Shown here: in pieces, positions 1-15,511 of the stretch
Layout of the letters: each line of letters starts with the position of its first letter
Position numbering within the stretch: the stretch's first letter is position 1
DNA from: Eledone cirrhosa
Lineage: Eukaryota
Length of the DNA: 64,000 nt
Direction: 5' to 3'
Assembly (NCBI GenBank): GCA_964016885.1
Contig: OZ024740.1
Location: 167,648,001 to 167,712,000, forward strand
The notes under the pieces: model-generated
The model's input: only the letters and a program-made list of their open reading frames with translations
What the model was told of the DNA's origin: nothing
The model's database searches: none
Made by a program: the position numbers and the translations under genes

Positions 1-715
1 TAAACAATTGCTAGCTGAGAACGTAGCCTAAGGAACCATCCTTGGGAAAAAGCGTAAGTTTACGGAGGAAGTAGCTTTTTAATGTATCTAAGCACGTGTT
101 TCTTAAATAGAAACTACGATCTGAAGTGCCACAATATATAACATTCATTCACACTTACATATAAATTTATTCTCTTGATGAATAGAAAATAGAAATGAAA
201 AAGAAAATATAGTGATCGCATACTCCTTTACTTCGTAAAATGTGTTAAACTTTTAGGAATTTTGTTAAAGGATTATACACGTAACAGTCTGTTGTTGAAT
301 ATCGAATCCATCTTGAGAATCTAATGCCAAAAATGTACAGAAATATTCTTCTGAAACTTAACATCTATAAATACACTTTCATAGCAATTTGAGGTAAGAG
401 CGCTCTTAAAAGATTATGCATGTGGTGTCGTGTTAATAAAGCACTCTTGGAAATACTGGAATAACTATTTCTGAAATTTTGCGTGAAAGTACTTGAGAAC
501 ACTTAACTGTAGAAAATGAAACAATATATTATTCCTTAATGGTTTCTTTGATGAAAATGAATATGTAAATTCTTTTATTAATATCTCTCATTAAATACTT
601 CAAAGATAGGTTTTTGTACGTATTGTTGATGCTATATTCTTTATTTTATGTTTCAACTAATATATAGGAATATATGTATGTAAGATTACAATTATAGACA
701 CGTTTGAAAAAAGGG

Positions 716-746
<31 letters not shown>

Positions 747-800
747 CGTTTCTGAATTTGTTTAGCAAGATTCTTTATCTGAAAACGTGTGTTGAAACCG

Positions 801-881
801 ATATTGTTATACTTTGGGAGGGTCAATTGAAAGCAACTGGTGCGTGTGCTTCTTATTGGCAACATGACCCTCCCAAAGTAT

Positions 882-889
<8 letters not shown>
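801..889. mobile_element. 89-bp foldback with perfect 25-bp inverted repeats, from an unclassified (TA)n-embedded repeat family
   Basis: ATATTGTTATACTTTGGGAGGGTCA (801-825) and its exact reverse complement (865-889). The same terminus recurs at ~7615-7640, 15965, ~46805-46830 and 54962. Confidence 0.75.
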
Positions 890-968
<79 letters not shown>

Positions 969-1006
969 TATATTTATATATATATATATACATATATATA
1001 TGTATG

Positions 1007-1041
<35 letters not shown>

Positions 1042-1318
1042 GGAAAAGAATGAAACGAAATTTCATTTCTCACTCTTAGTACGGCTGATACCTAAATATA
1101 AGTATGTATACATACATACATATATGTGTACAGACGCACAGTAGTATGTATATATATAGATACATGCACACAATGTTCGGGCTGTTTGTTTACAAACAAA
1201 CCGAACATTATAATAAATGTTCGGTAAACCCATACGTACATATATATATATGTGTCCATGTATGTATAAATATATACATACTACTGTGCGTCTGTACACA
1301 TGTATGTATGTATACATA

Positions 1319-1416
<98 letters not shown>

Positions 1417-2314
1417 TATACTTAACTTATATGCTCGTGTAAAAGTCGAATGTTTCAGACACTGCTCTAAGATTAAATATATGTGGTCAACAATTACATG
1501 TATACCACTTCTGTGATTGAAATTCAAGCTAAAATCCAAAGTAGCATCTCAAAGTAGCAGAAGTCCAACTGATCTCTAAAACAAAATTACGGTGAATTAG
1601 AGTAGTATTACAGCAAAAGACACGTCATAGTAAATAACGAAATCCATAAACGCAGCCGCATAGCTCTGAGGAATATTTACACTTTCTGTTTTACTCGTAA
1701 CCATCATATTTAACAGACTAATTTAGTGGAATAAATTTATATCTCATAATTACTGTATGTGACAATGAGTATATTTACTCGTATACCACTAACTACCGTA
1801 ATAGTGTGCATATAACCGACAGCTGTTCGGTGTGTTTCGCATCAATCCAGTCACAGGTGTATAGCATATTATTAATGTTTCGGTAACTTTTTAGTTTTAG
1901 ACAGACATGTATTTGCAGTAATATACATATGCCTTAAATTCATGACGATTTTGTTAGTGTTATTTCTACGTAGAAGATAATACCTTGACCCACAAATGTT
2001 GACCGGTCATCGGTGAAATACTAGGGTCGCCTTTTATACCAGGTCTATGGAAAATTGCACATTTGGGGTCCAAACATCTGAAGATCTCAATGGTTACAGT
2101 GCATTAAAGTTGTTTTATTCATTCCACTTACAAGGAAAAGAACAAAATATTAGTTTAATCTCAAAGTTGACTCATTATATCTGTTGTTATGATCAACTAA
2201 AGATACGGTGAATCTACTAATTGTTGTTCACGCATACTCCCATACACACACGCACACAAACACACGCGTACACACATGCGCACGCACAGGTATAAATAAA
2301 CTCATACACAAACA

Positions 2315-2315
2315 T

Positions 2316-2391
<76 letters not shown>

Positions 2392-2402
2392 CAGTAGTAG
2401 TA
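2315..2402. repeat. (GTA)n microsatellite, one of dozens of (TA)n, (TG)n, (CATA)n, (GATA)n, (TAA)n and (CTA)n tracts in the window
   Basis: Direct tandem repeat; explains the poly-V/Y/T ORFs. Confidence 0.95.
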
Positions 2403-3599
2403 GAATCTTCTTGAAACGTAACTTTGAATTTCACTAAACCTAGCCTTTAAACAAATAATATAATGGACCAGCTTGTTAATATAGAAGCAGATATATTCAT
2501 AAACAAATTGAAAAAGATTAGCCATCCAAACTTGATTGATACCCACAAACCTGTTAGAACATGCCTTGCCTATTTATCAATTAATGATCTTATATTTTTG
2601 TCTTGAATATCATGTGAGCTAAACACAATATGATACCTATTGTTAGCGTTATATAACCATCTTTCATAGTATAATATCCATTGGGTGTTACATAATATAG
2701 TTTACCTACTTGGTGGTCTGAAAAGCACCAAAGACTTACCAGTAGTAAAACTACGAACTACATACGAGGTAACCACATCAACGACAAGAACAACATACGT
2801 GAATTTGTAAAGATTTCGCAAATAAAATCAGAAGGAAATTTATATAATCTTCCTCAAGATATCTACTACCAGTACTATGCTTCAGCCATTATTGCAATCA
2901 TGACTATCACCACCAAGGCTGCAGTCCCTCTCTCCATTAACAACATCCCTGTTACACCACCAATATCACTAGTGCCATCGGCACCACTACCACAAACATA
3001 CCCATCATAAACTACTGCCACATAATCCTCGCTGCTCGACCATCACTACCATCTGCAACAATAACATCCTCACCGCCATCAACAACAAAAATATCATCCT
3101 TATCACTACCGCCAAAATTACCACCAGTTTGACCGCGAAAAACAGCTTCACCAACATGACTACTACCAGCACTAAGGTCTCCTGTCTGCATCGCTATAAA
3201 CAACGCCATAACCAGCCCCACCATAATCCCTACTGTAACAACACCACCGTCTCCACCACTACCAGCATCATTGACCATAATGGCTTCACTCCCATTAAAA
3301 ATGTCACCAGAAACTTTCTCATAGAAATAAAAAAAATATACATGTATATGAATAAAAAACATTGACAACATAGCTTGCTAGTTTTAAAGGTTTTATTTTT
3401 CCTACTTATAAGATTGTCGTAAAACGGATTACGAGGGATGGAGAAATTAAACGACAAATAGTACGAAAAAAAACAAGGTTATGTGAAAAAGACACTACAA
3501 AAACAGACTCGGAATTGAACATAATGTGTGGTGCTCTTTTATTAATTCCTCTGGTTTATGAAGCTGAATGAAAGGGGTTACAATATATGGGGATTTTCA

Positions 3600-3690
<91 letters not shown>

Positions 3691-3822
3691 TTATTTTTTG
3701 TATTGTATAATATTATATTTATGATATTTAGGGCATTTATTTTCAGAGGAAATTCATTTGCTATTCTTTTTTTACTATAATGCATTATCAGATTTCGTTA
3801 TTGATAAACTTAACGATATTAT

Positions 3823-3889
<67 letters not shown>

Positions 3890-4183
3890 CAAAGAACAAA
3901 ACAAAAACAAGGAGTGTAGTTACGAACAGTGTTGTGTTTGTTTGTGTGTGTGTGCATGTGTAAATAGAAAAGAATTTATGGGTATTCGTGTTGAGGATGT
4001 TATTGTCATTCTTTTCTATCATCTATTTTATTTATTATATTTAATATTTTATTTCATTACTGTTTTGTGTGAAAAAAATGGGGTGTAGTTTTTGGTTGTT
4101 AACTTTTTGTCTTAAAACACTACGATTATAAATCGGTAGTAAATGCTTCACCACTTGCTTTATTTCTCTCATTTCCTCACTCC

Positions 4184-4249
<66 letters not shown>

Positions 4250-4855
4250 TTTCCCCTCTCTATCTCTCTCTTACGCGCGCGCACAGATGCATCTATACAT
4301 GTTTGCGTATGTGTATGTGTGTAATTTTGCCTGCCTCTATGTGTGTTTGTGCCTGTCTCTGTATGTGCACGTGAAAGTGTGTTACTTTTAGTAACATCGC
4401 ATCAGTCCATTGACTAAAAGGATCCTGTCCTTAGGTTCATTATTTCGAAAAAAAAACATTAGTGATCGCATAAAAGAGTAACGCATATAAAATCGGAAAA
4501 AAATATAAAGGGAATAAAGGAGAATGGAAAATGTAGGAGAAAAGTAGGGTGAAAAGATGGAAGAAGGGAGAAAAATGAAACGGAAGATAAAAAAAAAATA
4601 TAAGTAACTGTTAACATGTAAAAAAAAATAGAACATTTCTATAGTTCCATGAACCGCGTGCATGTGTGTGATATTGTGTTTGTTCGTTTGCGCGTGTGTG
4701 TGAGATTAGTTATTTTGAATTTGATGTGGCGACATTTGTGCGTGCCGGAAGTTGCAGCCATATAAAAGGATTGAACGGCCATTGCGTGTTGAATTCGGAA
4801 AGACACTCATTTTACAAAGATGCGCTGCATTAAGTCACAAGACGTGACTGTATAT

Positions 4856-4921
<66 letters not shown>

Positions 4922-6392
4922 TATATTATATATATATGTATATATATATACATATGTGTTTGTGTGTGTAACTATTCCATATACATATATATACACATAA
5001 ATGGATACATATATATATACATACATACAAAATCGACACACAATTTCAGGCAAATTAGAATATGTTGAGCCCTTTTAAGTTTTTAATAGAATAATATTAT
5101 TACATTATCTTCAGTTTACACACACACATACACACACGTAAGTGCATAGAGAATATATATGTACACATTTACATGTGCACTGAAATAAAAGCGCACACAC
5201 ACACATGTATACATATAAAACCCATGTACAAGATAAATCTTTAAACGATAAATATATATATATATATATGAACATACATATCAATACACACTTCACTAAA
5301 TAGGCACACCTTATATAAAAAACACAAACACATGCAGGCAATAACAAACACACATGCATGCACATTAAAATACACCGACACAAACAAATGCTCCAAAAAT
5401 AATACTTATTTACACACGCTTGCTCGTACGGCGCTAAATACTAATGGACATACATTAAAAATACTAAGTGAACATATAAAATACAAATACACACACACAA
5501 ACACACACGCTGATATACGTACATGTATATAAGTATGCAGAAGCCCCACCAATATGATTAAATAAATAAACTACTCTGTATCAAAATATCAACATTTCAT
5601 TTTTTATTTTTATTTTATGATGTTCAATGCAGAAAAAACGCAAGCTTTTAGAAATCAACATTTTAATGCTAATGCTCTTTGTGTATATATATGTGTAAAT
5701 ATGTATATGCGTGAGAGTTTGTAACTGTGTGCCTGTTTGAGAGGGTTTGTAAATGTACACGAGTTTGTGGCGGGGAGATGCTCGAGGGAAAAGCAACACA
5801 TATATGGTTAAGAAAATTTAGGAAATATGCCTAGAGACACTAACTTCATGAAATCCAAACGATAGGATCGGTACTAACCATCTTAGTTGTAGTGAACCAA
5901 GGCGTTTCAAAACCTTAAATTTTCACTCGGGCGGTACGAGGACTTAGTGTAGTCATTAATTTTGATCACGAAACGCTAGAAAGAGAAACTGAAATTTTAT
6001 ATATTAAAATTAATAATTGTTATCGTGGTACAGCCTCAGGTCAAGCATGATCAAAAAGATATAAGATCAAACGTATTGCCACAATTATCATCATCTCTAC
6101 TACATAATCGAATATGCCCCTCCTGTTTCAAGAGAGTAAGATGTCATTTGAGAAAGTGTGGCTTCTTTTTGTATGTGATCAACGGACTGTGCAAGTTTTA
6201 CAGATGTTATTGAAGACATTATTGATGGAAGTAAAATAAATTAACTTTAAATAAATTTAGAAACATCTCATAATCTCATTGAGTTTGATCTCAACGCTGT
6301 CTATTATTTAAGGAAATATTTAATTTAAAAATTACTTTCTTTCATCCTAGAGAAAATTCCCTTAATTGCGACAAAGAATATAACACACGCAT

Positions 6393-6465
<73 letters not shown>

Positions 6466-6475
6466 TGTATGTATG

Positions 6476-6547
<72 letters not shown>

Positions 6548-6733
6548 TAAACGGAATAGAAAATGCTGACAAATTGTTCACAGTGAAAAATAGTTTAATT
6601 AGGAATAAGTGAGAATTAGTATTCAGTTTTGGTTTTAAGTTTTACCGGTTGCGCATTTCTAATGCTTTTCAAAAATAATGTTGAGATAGAGCGTCCGTGA
6701 TGTTTGCACTGATCAGAGCAAACATCACGTTTA

Positions 6734-6816
<83 letters not shown>

Positions 6817-7083
6817 TGTGTCGGGTCACTCTCGAGGGCTACTGGTAACATGTAACCCAGTACAACCTGTCGCATGGTCGAGTCGTCGACGACTAAACCG
6901 GCAACCCCACCAAGTTTAATTCGCGAGGAGAGTGATTTTGGGCATCCTGCAGGACCCAAAAAAAAACCTAACAAAGCGTGCAAGAACTCATAAGAGTTAA
7001 TGGCCATCCAAAAGTGTGTAAATATGTATATACACATACATGTACATATGTGTATATGTGCATGGGTGCGTGTGTATGTATAT

Positions 7084-7430
7084 GCGCCGGGACATAGAAA
7101 TAGTCGGGCTGGACAACCGATCGGGGGGTTAAACCACTGGTAGTGAAGGACCCCTAGCCTTTGTCAGGGCATTCTTCTAGGAGAAGGCAACTCAGGAAAC
7201 TGGGATAACTCCTATATAAAACCTGCGGCTCAGTAGTTACCGATGATGTTGATCTTTTCTTTTTTTCGGGTAATAGCTACTGTGGCTCAGAGAGTGGGAT
7301 TGGTTCAGTGCACAGTCTTTCCTCACTTTAAAAAATATTTTCACGCACAGACATTGCACGATAGAATTAATTAATAATTATTAATAATGCTATATCGTGC
7401 AATGGCCATACTCGATAACGAGGGGTCATA
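7084..7430 (+). mobile_element. Non-autonomous RTE derivative (5'UTR + 3' tail), family A
   Basis: 7084-7360 matches the reverse complement of 27764-27487 (LINE 5'UTR). 7395-7425 (TCGTGCAATGGCCATACTCGATAACGAGGGG) matches the LINE 3' end at 23526-23490. Confidence 0.85.
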
Positions 7431-7636
7431 CTCGATACAGTATATATACAGTGTATATATACAGTGTATACATCTCACAAAGAAAAGATGATTTATTATG
7501 GGACGAAAGAAATTTGAGCAACTAAACAACCATCCGTTTATAAAACTAAGCGATTGGGAAATTATAGTAAAAAAATAATGTAAAACCGAAAAGTACGTGG
7601 GATTTTATTAACACCATGACCCTCCCAAAGTATAAC

Positions 7637-7689
<53 letters not shown>

Positions 7690-9499
7690 CGAAACTAAAT
7701 TCAGGGTATACATTGAGTTATGCTGATTGTATTTCGAGGTCAATGTAAATCTACATTCAGTAAATAAGGTGACTTATTAGTGGTGTATTCCATAAAATCT
7801 AGTTTTTAATTTACCGGTTAATATCACTTTTCGTCAACTCAAGGAAATGAAATTATTGTGGGGTAAATGTGATGAAAAGCTTAAATTGAAAAACCCTAGT
7901 TTAAGTTAAACAAACAACTTACATTAAGCGTATGTTCCAATAACATGAACATTGAGACTCCCACCACTTCTAACCTGTTAACCTAAAAGAGAGAGTATTT
8001 ATAAATAGTAAATCAGTTGGTGGTGTCTTTAATAGTTGAACCCATAATAAATTCACTCTTAAGGACATTGAATAAGTGCGAAATTACTGTATGAATGTAG
8101 TATTGCCACGGCAACTAACTGCAAATTTACTGAGTTTATATCAAATTCTTTTAAGAAATTCTGCGACTCATTGTTACATCCTGTTAGAAATGATAATTTA
8201 AGAATAACACTACATTACTCGCACAATTTAATTGGAGTTTGCGCAAATCTTAGGTAGAATATAGTTGGTAGATTATTTATTCGGGAATTCTTACAAAGTG
8301 GATGTGATTGAACGCAGTACTTGTTCTACTGAAGCTTCTATACCAATGTCTGACAAACGGATTATAAATTGTTGACAAGTATGTTTTCCTGCCAACACAT
8401 GATTCATCTACCTTTTTTATAAGAATTTCAATTAACTTAACGCCTCGACAGATGATTTTAGAAATGGTGTTAAATTCAAAGCTGTTTGTGTAGCCTCTAT
8501 TTAGAGGGAAGTTGTTGTCAGAAGTCCTTTAGCCCAATGGTACAGCGTTCAACCGAAATTATTGACGTACGTAGTTCCATTTTTCGTAGCGGCTGCTGAT
8601 CACTGTTTTCCGTCTATAAGAGATTTTACACGATTTTATAAGCTATTGTATTTATCAAATGATTGTGTTTATAGTTATTTTCTGCGTTTGAGATTTCTAC
8701 ATTTTCTATAATTAATAGAATTCTTTCATTTTAAAGAATTATCATTGTAATTAAAATCCTCTTTAATTAATTCTCTATAATTAATAACTTTTAAAATTTA
8801 ATTCCTTAGTAAATAAATAGTAAATGTTACATTTTTGCATCGTGCTAGCATAATTCTAAATTAAATATTAACTTTAGAAATGAATATATTTGATTATCAC
8901 AATTAAGTTAATTGTTTTTATATTTACTCTATGAATGTTTCCTTATTATTTTTTAACAATACATTATAAAAATGTTATTCTAATCTTCGATATTCCTGTA
9001 TTTTTAAATTGATTGTGGATTATTTAATTGTTTTTGATTTACCTAATAAAGTTAAATTTTTGCAGCACTGACATTAATTCCAACCATATGCAGCACTCGG
9101 CATAAAACATATAAAGTCAGAAATCACTTTCTGTCAAGTTAAGTAATGCCATGACGTCCAGCCAACTCATTCTACACCTGCCACTTGGCGGTAGCATTCA
9201 ATGGGAGCTCCATTCCCAACGGCTACCAAGCCAAGATTGAGCATCCCAGCGAAGCACGAGCATGCTTCTTTGGGAGTGAAGGAAGCACCAATCACAACAG
9301 TGTTGCCAACAACCGTACGAACAGTTTCTCTTCGTCCCCATCACTTTGGAGACCTTATTTTTGAGATTACCCTCGTAAATACACTTCCATATATATGTGT
9401 GTGTGTGCTACCATGATAATACATTCAACAATTAACTGGCACTCCGTCGGTTACGACGACGAGTGTTCCAGTTGATCCGATCAACGAAAGAGCGTGGTC

Positions 9500-9692
9500 G
9501 TGAAATTGAAGTGCAAGTGGTTGAGCATTTGTACGCTTGATGTAATTCTCAGGTAGTTTCAGTAACTCACTTTTGCCAGCTGAGTGTACTGAAGCAATGT
9601 AAAGTAAAGTGTCTTGCACAACGCACTGCCGGGAAACAAGCTCACGACCTTACGATTATGAGCCAAATACCCTAAACACGAAGCCACGCGCC
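9500..9692 (-). mobile_element. tRNA-derived SINE, CORE-like, degenerate
   Basis: Minus strand starts GGCGCGTGGCTTCGTG (A-box-like), then a degenerate B-box, then GCAAGACACTTTA...CAGTACACTCAGCTGGCAAAAGTGAG central domain. Confidence 0.6.
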
Positions 9693-9708
9693 TTCACACA
9701 TTCAACAA

Positions 9709-10704
9709 TCTATCTACTTATATATATAACCAGCAATTTCTCTGTCTGTCTGTCCGACAGTGGAAACACGTGCGTAGAGAGAGAGTGAGAGTGAAAGAGA
9801 GAAACAGACTACGAGAGGGGGATAGCGGGAGGGAGAGAGGGAGAGAGAGAGTGAAAGAGAGAAACAGACTACGAGAGGGGGATAGCGGGAGGGGGAGAGG
9901 GAGAGAGAGAGAGTGAATAGACGCTAAAACACGTGCTACAGAAATATTACCTTCCCCTTCCTTTATAGAAACATTACCTTCCCCTCTCCACTGACTTTGT
10001 TCACTGAGGCCGAGGGAATCGCTGGTTGCTATAGAGACACCTTGCATAAGCCAGAAGTAACCAGTTCGAGGCGGTTCTGACTTGACACCATGCGAAGAAG
10101 GTTGCCATTGAATTTGTGGTTGTTGCTGCTGATAATAAGGACCATTTGAAGAAGGTTGCTGCTGATGAGGTAATTTATTAATCAGATTGCGCAGTTCCAC
10201 AACCTACGTTTGATTTGTTCAATTTTTTCTTAAATTTTTTTGTTGTTTTTTATTTCTTATTGAAGAAATATAAATAATAAAATAAGGTTAGAAATTTAAA
10301 TACAATTAAATACGATTTAATTTCCATTTCCAGCAGCCAATGTCCAGTGTTCAATTTCATGAAAAAATTTGAAATAATTCAAAAAATTGAAGTTTAACTT
10401 TTGAACATTTGTTTTGACAATAAACAAATATTTCCTAATTCACACCTAATGGTATGATTAAAATTTCATAGGAATATTTTTTTCTAACCGCCAGTTATTT
10501 ATTTTCTCCTTTTTCGTTTTAACATATATTTATTTCAAAGTTTTCACCGTATAGATAACATATATATTTATACATGCATAAAAGACACACCGAGAGACGG
10601 TGAACATGTGGTGCCGAAAACATTTCTCATCCAAATCTCAACAATATCAGTATATACACTAGATTTGCTAACAGAAAACCGCCCACCGGGTAGTTTTCTG
10701 CTAG
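9709..10704 (+). mobile_element. Non-autonomous Helitron-like element 1
   Basis: 5' TC start followed by (CTGT)n. 3' inverted segment CAGAAAAC...GTTTTCTG ending CTAG at 10701-10704. Internal 60-bp tandem duplication at ~9781-9910. Confidence 0.6.
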
Positions 10705-11759
<1,055 letters not shown>

Positions 11760-12446
11760 TATATAATAAAATCAACTTATATATAGAAATTCTATCTTGT
11801 ACACAACATGGAAAACAAATGGTTGCTTTAAAATAAAATTAGATAGAATTTCATAGGGATGATGTTTTTTTTGTATAGGAAATACCATTATCTTTATGAT
11901 TACTATTGTCTTTCTTTCAACGCATTAATTACCATAACAGCACCAACAGTAGGAATATGCAAACAATAATAGAAGTTTTAAAAGTAAGGAAAACCAATTT
12001 GACAGATGAACTTACGCAGATAAAAATTAAAAAATGTTCACGACTTTGCAATGGAGACAAATGAAATAAATCAATATATAGTTATATAGAGTTCGAAATC
12101 CGTATGAATTTCTGTATGCGTGTAAGAATATAATAGGATACATATTTATGTATTATTCGCAATATGAACCAATAAATCTGTATCAAGTGACATATTTAGT
12201 TTCAACCAATATCAACCAACTGATAGGCATGAAACAACCCTCGTTAAACATCGACGATATCCATTGTAAATATCGAAGCTACTAATATCAGATATCAAGA
12301 TGACTTCTAGCATAACAAAATCTTGTAATATTTCCCATAAATAACCCATAATATGTTGCTACTTTTTATGGTTTTGTTTTCTGTCTGTATACACACACAC
12401 ACATATATAAATATATATAATGTATTTATTTATTTATATATATATA

Positions 12447-12712
12447 TGGAAAAAAGATGAAATCGAAAGTGCAACTGGCGTCTTTTTTTTTATATATATA
12501 TATTTATTTGGTTCCTTTAACGGTTTCGCAGTTCTTGTGCTTTTCAAAAGTAGAATTGAGAGGGAGGGTTTGTGGTTTGTGAGAAAAACCACAAACCCTC
12601 CATCTCAATTGTACTTTTGAAAAGCACAAGAACGGCGAAACCGGTGAAGGAACCAAATAAATATTTTCTTTTCAAAAAAGACTCCAGCTGCCTTTTCGAT
12701 TTCATCTTTTTT
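12447..12712. repeat. ~265-bp imperfect palindrome, probably Penelope-terminal-derived
   Basis: Arms mirror around ~12582. The right arm has a degenerate TTGAAAAG...GCGAAAC hammerhead-like motif. Flanked by (TA)-rich sequence. Confidence 0.75.
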
Positions 12713-12956
12713 CATTCTACTTTCACTCGTGTAGGACACCGTTTTTTCTCATTTTGTAAAAAAACCTCACTTTCTATTATATATAGAGAGAGAGAATATT
12801 TTAGTATCGTGAGAGAGTAGAGGTTTAAAGGGATAAGCGATACATATAGTTAATTGCCAAAAGCTGGTGCATTTGTGCTCAATGTTTGTGCCTACAGGGT
12901 TAAATATCGGAAGTGTTAATATTTAGCGGACGAGCATATAAGCAGAGCGGTTACAA

Positions 12957-13310
12957 ATGAAAGGATTACAAAGGAGAATATAGAACATGTTAGAACATGT
13001 TTATACAAAAGTACCCACGTACGTTTCGCCCGAAAAGGGCTTCTCAAGGGCATACAAATATAGATAGTGTTCAGTATAGTACCCAGAAGGGGTTGTAAGA
13101 TGACAGTCACGTCGAAATTCATTCTTGATTCAAACAGAAAAGGTTGTTTTTGTCACCGAGCAAGGGGAGTAACTCTGTCCGGTGTTTGAATAAGTGTCCC
13201 TAAATGGCTTATCATCCGTGTACATGATGTTTGTTTTCGGGCGAAACGTACGTAGGTGCTTTTGTATAGACATTTCTAACAGTCTATATTCTCCTTTGTA
13301 ATCCTTTCAT
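12957..13310. repeat. Inverted repeat (~80-bp arms, ~200-bp spacer), Penelope-like terminus
   Basis: TGAAAGGATTACAAAGGAGAATATAG...CGTTTCGCCCGAAAA mirrored at 13235-13310. Minus strand shows TTGAGAAGCCCTTTTCGGGCGAAACGTACGT. Confidence 0.75.
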
Positions 13311-13331
13311 ATATATATATATATCTATCTA

Positions 13332-13495
<164 letters not shown>

Positions 13496-14259
13496 AAATT
13501 AAGTATGTGTGTGTTTATTACCTATAGGGGCCTACATCTTACGACTGATTTTCATGAAAATTTACAGGCTCATAGATTAGTCACCCGGGAGTGTTTTTTA
13601 TATATCAGCGTATCATTTTTTCTATTCCGGGGTCATTCTACAGATAAAAATCGATAGGGGGAGGGTCACATTTTTTTAGGTATCGAAAAATAAGATTTTT
13701 ATATAATATTACGGCTCCTTCGGTAGAGCTAATTTTTAATCCCATATAAACGGCTGTTATTTCTAGCGCCATGAATATGAGATAGCTAGAGAGCTGGAAA
13801 AACCGTGTGCAAAACCTCGTGCGTTTTGTGCTCGTAAACCAGACCTTCAAAATGTTTTCGAGGTGAAGTAACCTAATTTTTCTGGGTACCTGTTGATAAG
13901 CACAGAAAATTGATTATTTCACTTTTTATACTATCGTTTGCGAAACTTGTTTGGATTTTGAAGTTCAGATTGATCTGCGGAAAAGGTTTGAATTTTGAAA
14001 TTTAAATGTGTCCAGGTACCACGGCTATTTGCCAATATGAGTTTGTGTCTATTGATTTATTATTTTAAATCGATACAGGCAAGCTATATTTATTTGAATT
14101 AGTTTATTTCATTCTAGCTTACTTCGTCTTTTACAATACAAACACTTACGTGTTTATCATATATTAATTTATATTAACTTGTATTTCACGGCTCAGAAAT
14201 GCTTCTTTCTTTGAGCTAATTAATTGTAAATGACTGTTTGAGTTTAAACTCCAAATATA

Positions 14260-14401
<142 letters not shown>

Positions 14402-14433
14402 CATGTGTGTGTGTGCGTGTGTGTGTGTGTGTA

Positions 14434-14545
14434 AGGCGAATTGGCAGAATCGTTAGAACGTCAGATAGAGTGCGTTGTGGTATTCTTTCCGGCTCTCAGT
14501 TCTCTGCCGTGGTTAACTTTGCTTTTTATCCAATCTATTACTGGG
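14434..14545 (+). mobile_element. tRNA-derived SINE fragment
   Basis: GGCGAATTGGCAGAATCGTTAG...GCCGTGGTTAACTTTGCTTTTTATCC, homologous to 18462-18648. Confidence 0.65.
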
Positions 14546-15397
14546 ATTGTGTCTTCCTCAATATCTCTTTCTCACTTTCTACCATTCTCTGCAAGAAATC
14601 TTCTGTACTCAGGCCTGGTATGTGTGGCATGTGAGTGTGTGTGTTTGTCTGTGTGTATGTGGGGGTGTATGTGCGTGCATGTGTGTTTTTGTGTGTGTCC
14701 ATGCATGTGTTTACGTTTGTTTTTGTCTGTATAACGTGTGTCTGCCTGTCCAGTAACTTAGCGGTTCGACACAAAATGTATTTAAAAAGGCAAAATTTTA
14801 AAAATATTAATACTAGGTTGGATATGATCAACTGATCAACTAAATGATGGAGGTGCACCAGCGTGGCCACACTCGATTGATTGAAACAACAATAAAACAA
14901 AACTATAAAATAATAACTGTTATGATGAGATTCGGGTTTGGGGATTTATTCAACAATTTAATATTTTATAAAGTATAACTATTTCAGTAGAGCTTGGTGT
15001 CGGCTGATAGCAGCAATTGTCATTGAAAATATGAGTATAAACTTTATAAATATGAAAATAGGAAAATATGTGATACGCATAGCAATCCCAAGAGAACTAG
15101 ATAAAATGGCTGTAATTGTGTAACGAATTCAGGAAATTGACTTAGATATCTGGGTTCTTCGAAACTATGTTATTCATTTGTGATTGTTTATTTATAAATA
15201 ACGTCACACACCATGCACTACAAAATAATTAGAAACGTGTGAATTATTAATAGGAATCAAATGACATCTAAATGTACGCCAAGTTCCAATACTTGCCTCA
15301 TAACAAACTATCACAAGCTATCATATGGTACATATTAAAAAGGAAAAGGTAAAACTGAAGAATATTAGTGCAAACGAGAGCTAGATATATATATATA

Positions 15398-15511
<114 letters not shown>

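Noticed and set aside
2850-3371. Thr/Pro-rich mucin-like stretch and the 119-aa Gly/Val-rich antisense ORF
   Set aside because: Decayed (ACC/ATC/AAC)n low-complexity tract with stops in the plus frames and no recognisable domain.
9718-10200. 160-aa Gln-rich ORF
   Set aside because: Lies within a Helitron-like element and is partly (CT)n plus a 60-bp duplication; no support as a gene.
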